In this document: one piece after another, positions 20,401-28,503 of the stretch
Position numbering within the stretch: the first letter of the stretch is position 1
Layout: each line of letters opens with the position of its first letter
From: Acidobacteriota bacterium
GTDB taxonomy: Bacteria; Acidobacteriota; Thermoanaerobaculia; Multivoradales; UBA5704
Direction of reading: 5' to 3'
DNA length: 64,000 bases
NCBI GenBank assembly: GCA_040349255.1
Contig: JBEQUE010000144.1
Coordinates: forward strand, 15,524 to 79,523
Notes under the pieces: model-generated
The model's input: the letters and a program-made list of their open reading frames with translations, nothing else
Databases searched by the model: none
Told to the model about the DNA's origin: nothing
Translations under genes and position numbers: made by a program

Positions 20401-21909
20401 AGAGAGTTGATGTTCGAGGGGGGGCGGGACCTCACGTCAGTGATAGCGCAGGTCTTTCAGGATGAGACGGCTAATCAGCTCTTGATGCTGGACATAGCCC
20501 CTGATTCGCCGCGCACGCTCCCCTTGGTTGTGAGAGGGTTGATGCAGGGTGCGAGAGAGATCGCTCGTCGCTGCTGCCATATCCTTGTCAACTTCTTATC
20601 CGAGCCGGAATCCCGGCGCCTCATCGAGGATGAACTCTTTCTCGAGCTTCGCAGGCCGCTTCAGGTCGCGACAATAGGTGGAATGATTTACTATTCAGCA
20701 GCCTTGGCCGGAGAAGCCGATCGTAGGGGTGCTGACCCTCTACCGATAATCCTAGATTTCTGGCGCCGAGCATGGGGAGTCGCAGAAAGGGACGAAAGGG
20801 ATGTCGAGGCGCTGGTCGGCGGCCTAGTGAGAATAGTACACACTGAGGCTGGCCGATTCTTCGGTGATGACAGCAGGAACGCTATGGACTACATATGGAC
20901 AGGCATGCCTCGTGAGATCAAGGATGTTTCCCTTCAGATGGTTCCATTTATTGTCGATTCTGACCGAAGGCTCCCCCCTGACATTCAGGAGATTCTCCTC
21001 TTCTTCGGATCGACCATACGCGATTGGTCAACTCGTCGCGATCCTGCTGCCTATGTAGAGAAGGACTATAAAATAGAGTTCACGATGGCACAGTGGATCC
21101 TGGTGCAGAGGGCGAGGCACCAATACAGCGACGTGAAGGAGACTCTTGAAAGCTTCGTCGCCACAGGTTATTCACGAAGCATTGAGGTGGCGCTTAGCAA
21201 TATGGAGTCCTGTTGCCTCCATATGCTCCTGAATGACAAAGCGCTTCTTAATGACGCTTATCAGACCATGCTTAAGTGGATGCCGATTTACCAGAGTGAT
21301 GAGCAAGGATTTTACGGGCACTTGGCCAAGGAGGACCCCTTCTCGCGCAACGAGTGCCCGATAGATATGGTTGGTCGAATTTCTCTCCTGGATGAGTTTT
21401 CTCCCAAGGAGGGGCGAATCCCGTTTCTTGAGCCTTGGTTCACTAGCCTGGACAGGAGAGACCGCCTGTACGCCCTAATCTGCGCCAGGAAATTGTGGCG
21501 TCATCAACCCGTAAAGATGCTCCAAACCCTCGAAGTCGTTTGTAGCTCGGATGACGAAACCGTCGCCTCTTGGCTGGACGTCATACTCAAGGAAATCTAC
21601 ATGGTTCTCCCGCGTCTCGTGGAGGAGTTCTTTCGGCGTACCGGCATGGAGCCGGCCCGAGCCCAAAGAATCAAGACTCGGTCGGACGTGGTGGACCCTA
21701 GCGCTGTTGTCCACCCTGGAGAGCCCCTCTACAAAGCGCTCTTCCTCGGCCCCCGAGAGCGCCGCAAGAAATTAGCTGAATGGTACCTTCATCTTCTTCA
21801 GTCCGACAGCTTAGAGGATTACTGCGACGCCCTTGCACGATGGTTCATTTCGAAGATCCACAACATGGATACGGGGAACCATGGGTTGAGCGCCGACCTT
21901 GATCCTTGA
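17455..21909 (+). CDS. Giant CHAT-like caspase domain, SIR2-like domain, NACHT-type STAND NTPase and long helical-repeat C-terminus protein (1484 aa)
   Basis: N-terminus RVLVLSTNPEDTERL...YVHFCGHG...CVFLNCCFS (His/Cys dyad). SIR2_2-like motifs AVIFLGSAACAEG, LLFVTAGFDDLMEEAF, ILKLFGDLD. Walker A LLALIGDSGSGKSTLF, Walker B KLVIFIDGLNESLD. Low-GC gene. Confidence 0.85.
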   Translation: MPDYNIPKTSPRRVLVLSTNPEDTERLALERETRQIERALAHREGSFTVRHAMAAHLEDLEDSLFDFKPQYVHFCGHGLKGGRGLAFQDDSGRTSPVTTRQLKELFSIFKTNISCVFLNCCFSRPQAEVISAHVPYVIGTSEAFDDELAVVFASKFYKAIGRGKTVPFAFKFARAVTADNLDSLIPVLVRGRRKNKTNPGDSVGSSGTSQWKAGNLGQPKEFRSFDLEAKEEQASLHLNTSQKEQDQDARRASLSRLWNRLEQKREAVIFLGSAACAEGFKEGKPYPSLDAIAKRILDDEGRSTGNMTDVRKELRNTLRMWTEGEGDLSDFLRKYISGQPGAAHHYLAALALGLFPEFNLLLFVTAGFDDLMEEAFVSLLRGETRPKIRHYSIGHQEETVPRIFEEVSGQVRKGVPVILKLFGDLDAESPLLYPKTKIRQKLGSSIQGWFSRPVLFIDCGPEDKAFEDLFFKTEKRGPLFVIGKNLAQYRNDPTIHHVAISLMEFGLEFLDMVRSKNQDLLKRVEDLLHNVDPLALYPDCESIMARAAIASRASLLRVEERLPRSRSNEEGHAFVPIARIDTQPDFAAFLRDGRPLLALIGDSGSGKSTLFYQVHQAAGAFISIFYDIHQLQATRTLAGRLAHDFLCDERNFVDLVRVLDKALKFEQRKLVIFIDGLNESLDLKPSTLRFEIEDLGAKLPGTIKIAYSCRRVYWDNFIRNTSPLSKELYFNSKEIVLEHFSPREAESAFKSYQELYGFLGNYASLSSEFKLRIKDPLMLRMLAEGYAGKKLPDFAPAVLIFDTYHKRFRQRFKGTVVPAFLDALVAAKVNETEAELASDQFITEDVRTHPKLSLLIQQQMLNAHRGGDPLLLLEDEGILTAIDDDSTSYRFAYDRFFEYLLGKSLSKLLTTGSRERFRERLEKQIRRLSPFHFSFLQALKSEVIRLNILEPSGPCSFYDPELVRGLLENEDAGIVAFTKDLLRELMFEGGRDLTSVIAQVFQDETANQLLMLDIAPDSPRTLPLVVRGLMQGAREIARRCCHILVNFLSEPESRRLIEDELFLELRRPLQVATIGGMIYYSAALAGEADRRGADPLPIILDFWRRAWGVAERDERDVEALVGGLVRIVHTEAGRFFGDDSRNAMDYIWTGMPREIKDVSLQMVPFIVDSDRRLPPDIQEILLFFGSTIRDWSTRRDPAAYVEKDYKIEFTMAQWILVQRARHQYSDVKETLESFVATGYSRSIEVALSNMESCCLHMLLNDKALLNDAYQTMLKWMPIYQSDEQGFYGHLAKEDPFSRNECPIDMVGRISLLDEFSPKEGRIPFLEPWFTSLDRRDRLYALICARKLWRHQPVKMLQTLEVVCSSDDETVASWLDVILKEIYMVLPRLVEEFFRRTGMEPARAQRIKTRSDVVDPSAVVHPGEPLYKALFLGPRERRKKLAEWYLHLLQSDSLEDYCDALARWFISKIHNMDTGNHGLSADLDP

Positions 21910-22144
21910 GTATCCGCCATCTTTCAATAGCCGAGGCATTGCTACTCCCGCCGAGGTGATAAACCAAGCTGACCGCTTCACTGCATGTTGCCCTGACTCC
22001 AGCTGCCCGAATGGCCAGATTCCACAGATCATCATAGCTAGCATTAGCCATAAGGTCGTAGAATCCATACAGTTCAATCGGTCGGTCGTGCGTGACAACC
22101 ACGAAGGAAATCAGGAACTTCGATCTCATCGGGTTGGCCTCTCG

Positions 22145-22867
22145 TCAACTGTGTAATGCGCGAGGGGCTTTGACTAGATGTTTGTGGTCGTTTTCGCCAG
22201 GGCCAAAGTATTCCCGGTTGTTGCAGCGGCGGCATATCTCTGAAGCCTCCTGCCTTTTGCCTTCTTGGAGCAGGTTACGGAGGTGGACGAATCGCGGGGA
22301 AAACCAAATCTCCTCAAGAGTCTGAACCGATATATTTCCCATGACATGGCTTCGCTCGGCGTCGTCACAGCAGAGCAGGACATCCCCGCCAACTGTAATT
22401 ATCAACATGTCAGTCGGAGCATAACATGGCAAGAACAGTGGCTCCTCCGTTGTACCCAGGAGCCCACCTCGATTCACAAGAACAAGATCCGAGGGGAACT
22501 GGATCGTCTGATAGGGCCTTTCCGGCATCGGCTCATAATCATGGCGTGTCACAATGAAGTGATCTATGCCGGCCTCCCTTAGGGAGGTGTAACGCTCATC
22601 AAGGAGAAGGTCTCCGTTGGTGAATAAAACCTGAAATGCATTTGGAAGACGGGCGGCCGCCTTCCTTACCAAAGTTTCCAGATCGCGACGCAAGAGCGGC
22701 TCATTGAACAAGTGATACGATAGGTTCCCTTGGAAATTGACCCGCTCCAACTCGGAAACAATACGATCGAACAACGATTCGCTCATAAAGAGATCGGTCT
22801 TGGGCGCGGGTAATACCGACACGGGGCAATAGCTGCACCGGCGATTGCACCGAGCATTGACCTCCAT
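22145..22867 (-). CDS. Small radical SAM enzyme with SPASM/twitch-like C-terminal Cys cluster (BtrN-like size)
   Basis: CNRRCSYCP (CxxxCxxC) near the N-terminus. C-terminal LLCCDD...CRRCNN. The start is taken at an internal Met (MEVNARCNRRC), which leaves a 5-nt gap after the DegT stop; the track ORF extends to 22966. Confidence 0.7.
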   Translation of the reverse strand: MEVNARCNRRCSYCPVSVLPAPKTDLFMSESLFDRIVSELERVNFQGNLSYHLFNEPLLRRDLETLVRKAAARLPNAFQVLFTNGDLLLDERYTSLREAGIDHFIVTRHDYEPMPERPYQTIQFPSDLVLVNRGGLLGTTEEPLFLPCYAPTDMLIITVGGDVLLCCDDAERSHVMGNISVQTLEEIWFSPRFVHLRNLLQEGKRQEASEICRRCNNREYFGPGENDHKHLVKAPRALHS

Positions 22868-22872
22868 TTCGA

Positions 22873-24225
22873 CTACGCTGAACCAACTTCCCTGGGGCTC
22901 GACAGGTTGTCCTCTAAACACGAGTTTGCCTCCGACGGCACGCTGGCGTTTTCCAATTGGTGCCAATAGTGCATGACCTTTTCTACAGCCCTGACGATAT
23001 CTTCAATCTCCGCGAGGCCCCCAAGAAGTGCATTGTGGGGGATGGCGATATAGCGACGGCGGGCCGCAACTGCCGTTGGTAGGTGGAAACGGGAAGGTTC
23101 GAAAGGGCTCGGCCCAGTCGCCTGATGGCGCCGCGGAGATCTCATGGGATTGAACAGTTGATTCTGGTTCAATGGATCATAGAGAGGCTGAATCGTCAAG
23201 CCTAACTCCGCCGTCAATGCGGCGGCAACGGTCTCTATGGGCACGCAGCCGAACCGCTCAAGTTGAAACTCCAGGCAGTAGCGGTAGAAGGTAGGCCGTC
23301 CCGCCGCCTCGGGTTTGTGGAGGGGGCGGACTCCCGATATCTCGCGGAGCCGCGAAGTCAGATGTGACGCGTTCTCTGTCCGAATGGCGTTCTCCTCGTC
23401 TAGAAATCGTAGACGATCGTGGAGAATGGCCGCATGGAACTCTGAAAGGCAATGGTTGTGTCCCTGGACATCTCCTGCGGGTTCAAGCTCCAGGCCTCTC
23501 GGTATTCGGCGCGCTACGTAGCGTCGGCCATCGGCCCGGAACTGCTGCAAGAGGCTGTACAGATTGGCATCCTTGGTAATCACGGCTCCGCCTTCGCCGC
23601 TGGCCAGGACTTTGCTCTGTTGCATGCTGAACACACCTGCAGCGCCGAAGGTTCCTACCTTTCTACCCTGCCAAGAAGCACCATGAGCATGCGAACAATC
23701 CTCGATCAATGGGATTCCGGTCGTGCTCGACAACTCTTGGAATGACGCGAGGTCGGCAACTGTGCAGTAGAGATGGACCAGCATAATAGCCGCCGTCGCT
23801 CTGGTAATTGCGTTCCGTGCCGCGTTAACGGACATACAGAGCGTATCAGGATCAACGTCGACCAGTATGGGGATACCTCCCAAGCGCGCTACAGAGGAGC
23901 CGCAGGCAACCCAAGTGAGGCCAGGAACGAGAACCTCCCGTCCCGGACCGATACCGAGGGCTTCGAGCGCGATTGTAAGGGCTGACGAACCGTTGGCTGT
24001 CGGAACACAGTAGGGCACTTCGTGGAAGGCGGCGAACGACTCTGCGAATTGTCGTTCGAAGGGAAGATCCTCCAAGCATGGCCCGCTGATCGTCCAGCGC
24101 TGCGAGCGAAGAACTTTCAAGAGAGCTTCTTCCGTGGATTGCTCCGCGCGCGGCCAGTTAGGCCAGGAAAGGCTTCTGACAGGAATTCCGCCGAGGATCG
24201 CCAAGAGAGACGAGGAAGCAGTCAT
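22873..24225 (-). CDS. DegT/DnrJ/EryC1/StrS-family PLP-dependent aminotransferase
   Basis: FSMQQSKVLASGEGGAVIT (PLP-Lys motif). The family also contains scyllo-inosose aminotransferases. ATGA overlap with the upstream gene. Confidence 0.85.
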   Translation of the reverse strand: MTASSSLLAILGGIPVRSLSWPNWPRAEQSTEEALLKVLRSQRWTISGPCLEDLPFERQFAESFAAFHEVPYCVPTANGSSALTIALEALGIGPGREVLVPGLTWVACGSSVARLGGIPILVDVDPDTLCMSVNAARNAITRATAAIMLVHLYCTVADLASFQELSSTTGIPLIEDCSHAHGASWQGRKVGTFGAAGVFSMQQSKVLASGEGGAVITKDANLYSLLQQFRADGRRYVARRIPRGLELEPAGDVQGHNHCLSEFHAAILHDRLRFLDEENAIRTENASHLTSRLREISGVRPLHKPEAAGRPTFYRYCLEFQLERFGCVPIETVAAALTAELGLTIQPLYDPLNQNQLFNPMRSPRRHQATGPSPFEPSRFHLPTAVAARRRYIAIPHNALLGGLAEIEDIVRAVEKVMHYWHQLENASVPSEANSCLEDNLSSPREVGSA

Positions 24226-25379
24226 CGTTGCAGTGTCAAGAATTCAATAAGTTTTCGGAACTGCTCTGGCACGGAGTGCTCACAGGAGGCTCCTTCGCCG
24301 ACAATAGGATCCTTGAAAAAATATGAAGCGGCATCCAATGAGCCGTGACAACCCGCTTCCGCAGCGTAGGCGACCACTCGTACAAGATCAATTATTGCAG
24401 GCGCTGCCAGAATTGAGTCCTGTCCTAGCCAATTGATCTTCAATTGCATTGGGACACCCAGGAAGCCGCGAAAATCAATGTTGTCCCACGCTTCCTTGGA
24501 GTCACCGCGCGGGGGATAATAATGGATATGGACTTGATGACCCGTCCCGTGCGCGCCTCCGGGCACATAGCCGAGGATGGAGCTCAGGCATTTGCTCTTC
24601 GAGATGATCTTCGTCTCACCGGCTCCAGGCTTGGACAAGGAGAGACCATCGTCATTACCGAGCAGGTTTGTACTGAACCACCCATCGATCCGAAGGTTCT
24701 TGTCCCTGAATGCCGGCGCGAGAGTAGTCTTGATGAAGGTCTGACCGGTTTTGCCATCGCGGCCAGCATAGATTAAACCCTTCTCTTCGGCGAGTTCCCG
24801 CAGGGGAGTAATTTCGGCCGGGTTCGGAGTGAAGTTAATAAAATGGGCTCGCGCCTCAATAGCGAGACGGAAGTAGATTTGGCTAACCGAATACGAGGCA
24901 CCCAACTCCAATTCATCGAGATTCCTCCAATCGATCCGCTCGTCAGCGTCCTGCTTGGGCACGGGCTCCGTCGGGCAAAGATTGACCAGTATCACGTGTC
25001 GCCAATCTTCTCTCCGCCGCTTCCTGTTCAGGTGGGCCGCTTCCCGTCGGATCCAATCGCCTATTGATTCTCTTTGGAGCTCAATTCCCTTTCTTGGCTT
25101 GATCCTTTGCAGGCGTTGCTTCGCCTTCGAGAGTACCTCCGGGGGGCATATGCGGTGTCGCTTACAGGAAGCGTACAAAGTGTCCTGATTCATGTCCCAG
25201 CCATGGATGGACATGGAGGAGAATGGCAAAAGCCGGCAACCGGATGCACGCACCAGAGGCGACTCCGTCGCCACGCCGAAACCGGCAATTTCTTCAGGTG
25301 GCATCGAAAGCCCAGCTGCCAACGTGCTACCGACCGCCCCTGCCAGTCCAGCAACCATGATAAGAGCTGGTTCTGCCAT
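24222..25379 (-). CDS. myo-Inositol-1-phosphate synthase (Ino1/MIPS) family protein
   Basis: IMVAGLAGAVGSTL (Rossmann), FINFTPNP, GRDGKTGQT, STNLLGNDDG (matches the MIPS SYNHLGNNDG motif). First gene of the MIPS-DegT-rSAM operon. Confidence 0.75.
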   Translation of the reverse strand: MAEPALIMVAGLAGAVGSTLAAGLSMPPEEIAGFGVATESPLVRASGCRLLPFSSMSIHGWDMNQDTLYASCKRHRICPPEVLSKAKQRLQRIKPRKGIELQRESIGDWIRREAAHLNRKRRREDWRHVILVNLCPTEPVPKQDADERIDWRNLDELELGASYSVSQIYFRLAIEARAHFINFTPNPAEITPLRELAEEKGLIYAGRDGKTGQTFIKTTLAPAFRDKNLRIDGWFSTNLLGNDDGLSLSKPGAGETKIISKSKCLSSILGYVPGGAHGTGHQVHIHYYPPRGDSKEAWDNIDFRGFLGVPMQLKINWLGQDSILAAPAIIDLVRVVAYAAEAGCHGSLDAASYFFKDPIVGEGASCEHSVPEQFRKLIEFLTLQR

Positions 25380-25650
25380 TCAGTTCTCCATACAGATTTC
25401 GGAAGAAGCAGATAATTTCTAGTTATCCGCTATCTCGAAGGTCCACTAGTAGAATATTCCTGCTGGGCGTTCAGTGATTATAGTGCCATTGTAAGTGTAT
25501 TCTGGCGATAGTCAACACATAATCCTTGTTCCGAACAAATATAAATCTTCGCGCTATAGCAACCGGCTGATCCCGTCGCATCGCATTATTTGTACCTTCC
25601 CTAGTAACCGCGTGTTCCTCAAGCGTGCCTGCGAACTTAGTTGTGACTGT
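25380..25650 (-). promoter_or_regulatory. AT-rich upstream/promoter region of the MIPS-DegT-rSAM operon and boundary of the low-GC island
   Basis: AT-rich non-coding stretch immediately 5' of the ATG at 25379. GC rises sharply after ~25650. Confidence 0.3.
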
Positions 25651-26018
25651 TGCTGATATGCGCACCTTGGACTATCTGCCGTGACGATCCGCTGGATGTG
25701 TCCGCGTTCCAGTTGAACGGTTCCGGGACTCCTGTTTCGTCGTATACGCACCGCCAACACCGGAACGTCTTCGATCATCTCGGCCTGGAAGACCGACCGC
25801 CGGCAACAGAACCGGGGAGGTCACCTGCACAAAGAGGTCCCCGGCGCACGCCCAGCGCCGGACCGCCCCCTCCCCGGCAGGCGGGCCTCTTCGGAACGGC
25901 GGCGGCCTTGGACCCGGCAGCCGCCGCTCCTCCTGGTTGTCAATGAACCTCGCTTCGCTCGGGGGCCGGCGAGGACGCCGGCGGTCCCAGCGAGCCCCCG
26001 CCCTCCCTCTTTCCTTCG

Positions 26019-26468
26019 CTAACCGGCCGCCGCAGCGACCTGCCGCCTCCGCCTGGCCTGGATGCCGAAGTCCTCCAGCTTGTCTGCGGCCGGTCCGTAG
26101 TGATGTTTCAGCGAGAACCGCAGGACCGTCGCCAGCCTCTGGCAGTCGGCCAACAGCGTCGCCAACTGCTTCGTCGCTTCCTGCTTGAGCGACGACAGGG
26201 CGGCCTGGGCCTGGATCAGCTCCTCCATATGGTTCAGCAGTTCCTCGAACTGGACCCGCTGGGCCTCCAGGTACGACAGCTCCGGGCGGTTCTCCTGCAT
26301 TCCGGTCAACAGGCGATGCCACTCCCTCAACTGCGCCGACCGGGTCCGGTCCGACGAGGGCTCCGTCCGGGCGGGAACGGCCGGGAGCTCCTCGGCCGGG
26401 CGCTCTCCGACGCCGTCCAACAGCTCCTGCACGTCTCGCAGGAGGTCCGTATACGTGCTTTCGGGCAT
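26019..26468 (-). CDS. Hypothetical protein, tandem paralog A
   Basis: 149 aa. Shares QRLATVLRFSLKHHYGP..KLEDFGIQ with the next gene. Confidence 0.6.
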   Translation of the reverse strand: MPESTYTDLLRDVQELLDGVGERPAEELPAVPARTEPSSDRTRSAQLREWHRLLTGMQENRPELSYLEAQRVQFEELLNHMEELIQAQAALSSLKQEATKQLATLLADCQRLATVLRFSLKHHYGPAADKLEDFGIQARRRRQVAAAAG

Positions 26469-26534
26469 GATCTCTCTCCTTGAAAAAAGGTGAGGGGGCT
26501 CGAACGGCCCGCCCCCTCGCCAAGTCAGAGGACG

Positions 26535-26927
26535 CTAATCAACCGACGGAACGGCAGTTTCGACCAGGGCGACCGACTCCGCCGGCGGCGGCGGCAGCTC
26601 GGGCTTCCTCGCACGGCTGCGGAAGGGCTGGATGCCGAACTCCACCAGCTTCTCCGACCTCGGGCCGTAGAGCTGCTTCAGCGAGACGCGCAGTACCGTC
26701 GCCAGGCGCTGGCACTCCATCGTCACGTCTTCCACCTGCTGCGTCGCCTTCTGCCTGCTCGCCGTCAGCGCGGCCTGGTTCTGGAACAGGTCCTCCGCCT
26801 GGGCCACCAGCGCCACGAGCTGCGTGCGCTGCGTTTCCAGGTGCGGAAAGTCCGCCAGGTTCACCTGCAGCGCCGCCAACAGCCGCTGCCACGCCCCCAA
26901 CTTCCCCGATCTCGTCGTCTCTCCCAT
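26535..26927 (-). CDS. Hypothetical protein, tandem paralog B
   Basis: 130 aa. QRLATVLRVSLKQLYGPRSEKLVEFGIQP. Confidence 0.6.
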   Translation of the reverse strand: MGETTRSGKLGAWQRLLAALQVNLADFPHLETQRTQLVALVAQAEDLFQNQAALTASRQKATQQVEDVTMECQRLATVLRVSLKQLYGPRSEKLVEFGIQPFRSRARKPELPPPPAESVALVETAVPSVD

Positions 26928-27365
26928 GGTCCTTCTCCTTTCCGAGCCTCGTGGCTCCTGAAAATCCGGCTCCTCCCCAGAGCCGGAATCCTTCTCCTTT
27001 CGCCTTCGAGGAGAGTCTACGAGGGATATTTACGAACTGTCTATGAATTTTTTGATGCCAACTGTGACCAAAAAGTCGGTGTCACCGACTTTTTGGTGCG
27101 AAGCACCGGATGGGGACGAAAAACTCCAACAAAGCCCCAAGACTCTTGGGGGATCAGGGGGCGAGGCGCTCGACCGCGGCGTCGGCGTGCACCTCGGCTG
27201 TCCTTGAGGGTAGGCACGGGGCGGTCCGTATCGATAGAATCCGGAGCGGTCCACAGGCTCGCGAAGAGGTTCCAAATCTGGCTCAGGGACGACGTCGGGC
27301 TTTGACGGGCGAGCACCGGGTTTACGGCCTACATAGTGCGGCAGGACGACTCAAGGAGGCATGGC

Positions 27366-28187
27366 ATGGCGCGGGGTCTAACGCGGGCGCAGCTCAAGGT
27401 GCGGATGCTTCGGGCGCTCTCCGGCCAGTCCCAGAAGGAATTCGAGCAGGCCACGAAGGTGGCCAACGTCACCGGGATGGAGAACGGCCAGCGCCACCCC
27501 ACCGCGGCCCAGATCGCCCTGATGTGTGAGAGCCTGGGCATCAGCACGGACGACTGCGAGACGCTGCTCCAGGACTACGAGGCGCGCGTCGCCCGGCATC
27601 AGGCGGCGAAGGCCGGCTCGGGCTCGGCCGGGCCGGAGCCGCCGCTGGTAATGCCGGCGAACGCTCAGGGTACCCAGGGCATTGCGTCCATCCTGGAGGA
27701 GGCCGAGGCGCGGCTCGGACGGGCCGGCGAGGAGCGCGCCGCCACCCGCGCCGCCGAGCGCGAGCAGGCGAAAGGACCGTGGGAGCGCCTGCGCAGGCTC
27801 GAGAGCTTCGACGAGATGGTGCTGGTGGCGCGGTCGTCCAAGGAGCTTCAGACCTGGGCCGTGGTCGAGCTGATCTGCGACGAGAGCGCGCGGATGGCGT
27901 CAGCCGGCGACCGCGAGTCCGCCGGGCGCGCCCGTAATCTCGCGGAGCTCGCGGTGGAGGTCGCCGGACGCATCCGGGCCACGGACGCCTGGCGCACCCG
28001 CGTCCGCGGCTTTGCCATGGCGCATCTCGCGAATGCCCTCCATGCCTCTGGCGAGGGCGACCTGGCCCGCGAGACCATGGAAGAGGCCGAGCGCCTCTGG
28101 GAAGCCGGCCAGGACCCCGAGCAGATCCTCGATCCCGGCCGCTTCCACGACCTCGTCGGCTCGATCAGCTTCTCGGACGCGACCTGA
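27366..28187 (+). CDS. XRE-family helix-turn-helix transcriptional regulator with ~200-aa C-terminal domain
   Basis: LSGQSQKEFEQATKVANVTGMENGQRHPTAAQIALMCESLGIS (HTH_3-like). Confidence 0.7.
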   Translation: MARGLTRAQLKVRMLRALSGQSQKEFEQATKVANVTGMENGQRHPTAAQIALMCESLGISTDDCETLLQDYEARVARHQAAKAGSGSAGPEPPLVMPANAQGTQGIASILEEAEARLGRAGEERAATRAAEREQAKGPWERLRRLESFDEMVLVARSSKELQTWAVVELICDESARMASAGDRESAGRARNLAELAVEVAGRIRATDAWRTRVRGFAMAHLANALHASGEGDLARETMEEAERLWEAGQDPEQILDPGRFHDLVGSISFSDAT

Positions 28188-28450
28188 CCTCATCCTTCGC
28201 GGCTTGACCTCATCCTTCGCGACTCTGGCTTATCCGCCGCGAAAAAGCCTTATCCGTCGCGAAGTCGGCTCATCCGTCTCAAAACAGCCTTATCCACGGC
28301 AGGACAAGGGTTTTCCGCCGTGGATGAGACCGTTTCGCGGCGGATACGGTTTTTCCGCGGTCGATAAGCCTGTCGCGGCCCGGATAGGCCGTTTCGCCGC
28401 GGATAAGGCGAAGCCGCGGCGGATAAGGCGGAATCGCCTTGGATAAGGCG
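28185..28450. repeat. Phased array of 13 x 20-bp units: 6 direct copies (consensus CTTATCCGYCGCGAA) followed by 7 inverted copies (TTCGCGGCGGATAAG), forming a ~265-bp imperfect palindrome centred ~28308
   Basis: ATCC cores at 28192, 28212, 28232, 28252, 28272, 28292. GGAT cores at 28322, 28342, (28362 variant CGAT), 28382, 28401, 28421, 28441. Spacing is exactly 20 bp. Confidence 0.85.
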
Positions 28451-28503
28451 TGCCCCCGCAGGTGCCAGATCACCACGTCCGAGTCCAGGAGGAAATCAGC
28501 CAT
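28279..28503 (-). pseudogene. Remnant of a PIN-domain (VapC-like) toxin gene: only the N-terminal MADFLLDSDVVIWHLRG motif remains, then it reads into the repeat array
   Basis: ATG 2 nt after the RHH gene stop, as in vapBC pairs. The PIN body is replaced by repeats. Confidence 0.45.

Noticed and set aside
21845-22129. 94-aa minus-strand ORF (MRSKFLISFVVVTHDRPIEL...) in the convergent intergenic region
   Set aside because: It is too short and overlaps the 3' end of the CHAT-SIR2-NACHT gene. It may be a decayed glycosyltransferase-family-2 N-terminal fragment and is not called as a gene.
25672-26523. 283-aa minus-strand ORF spanning the island boundary and paralog A
   Set aside because: It is a GC-rich R/G/P shadow frame. 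The two short paralogous genes in another frame are mutually supported by conservation.
28185-28450. Repeat array considered as a CRISPR array
   Set aside because: The units are contiguous 20-bp repeats without unique spacers. Half of them are inverted, and there is no cas gene context.
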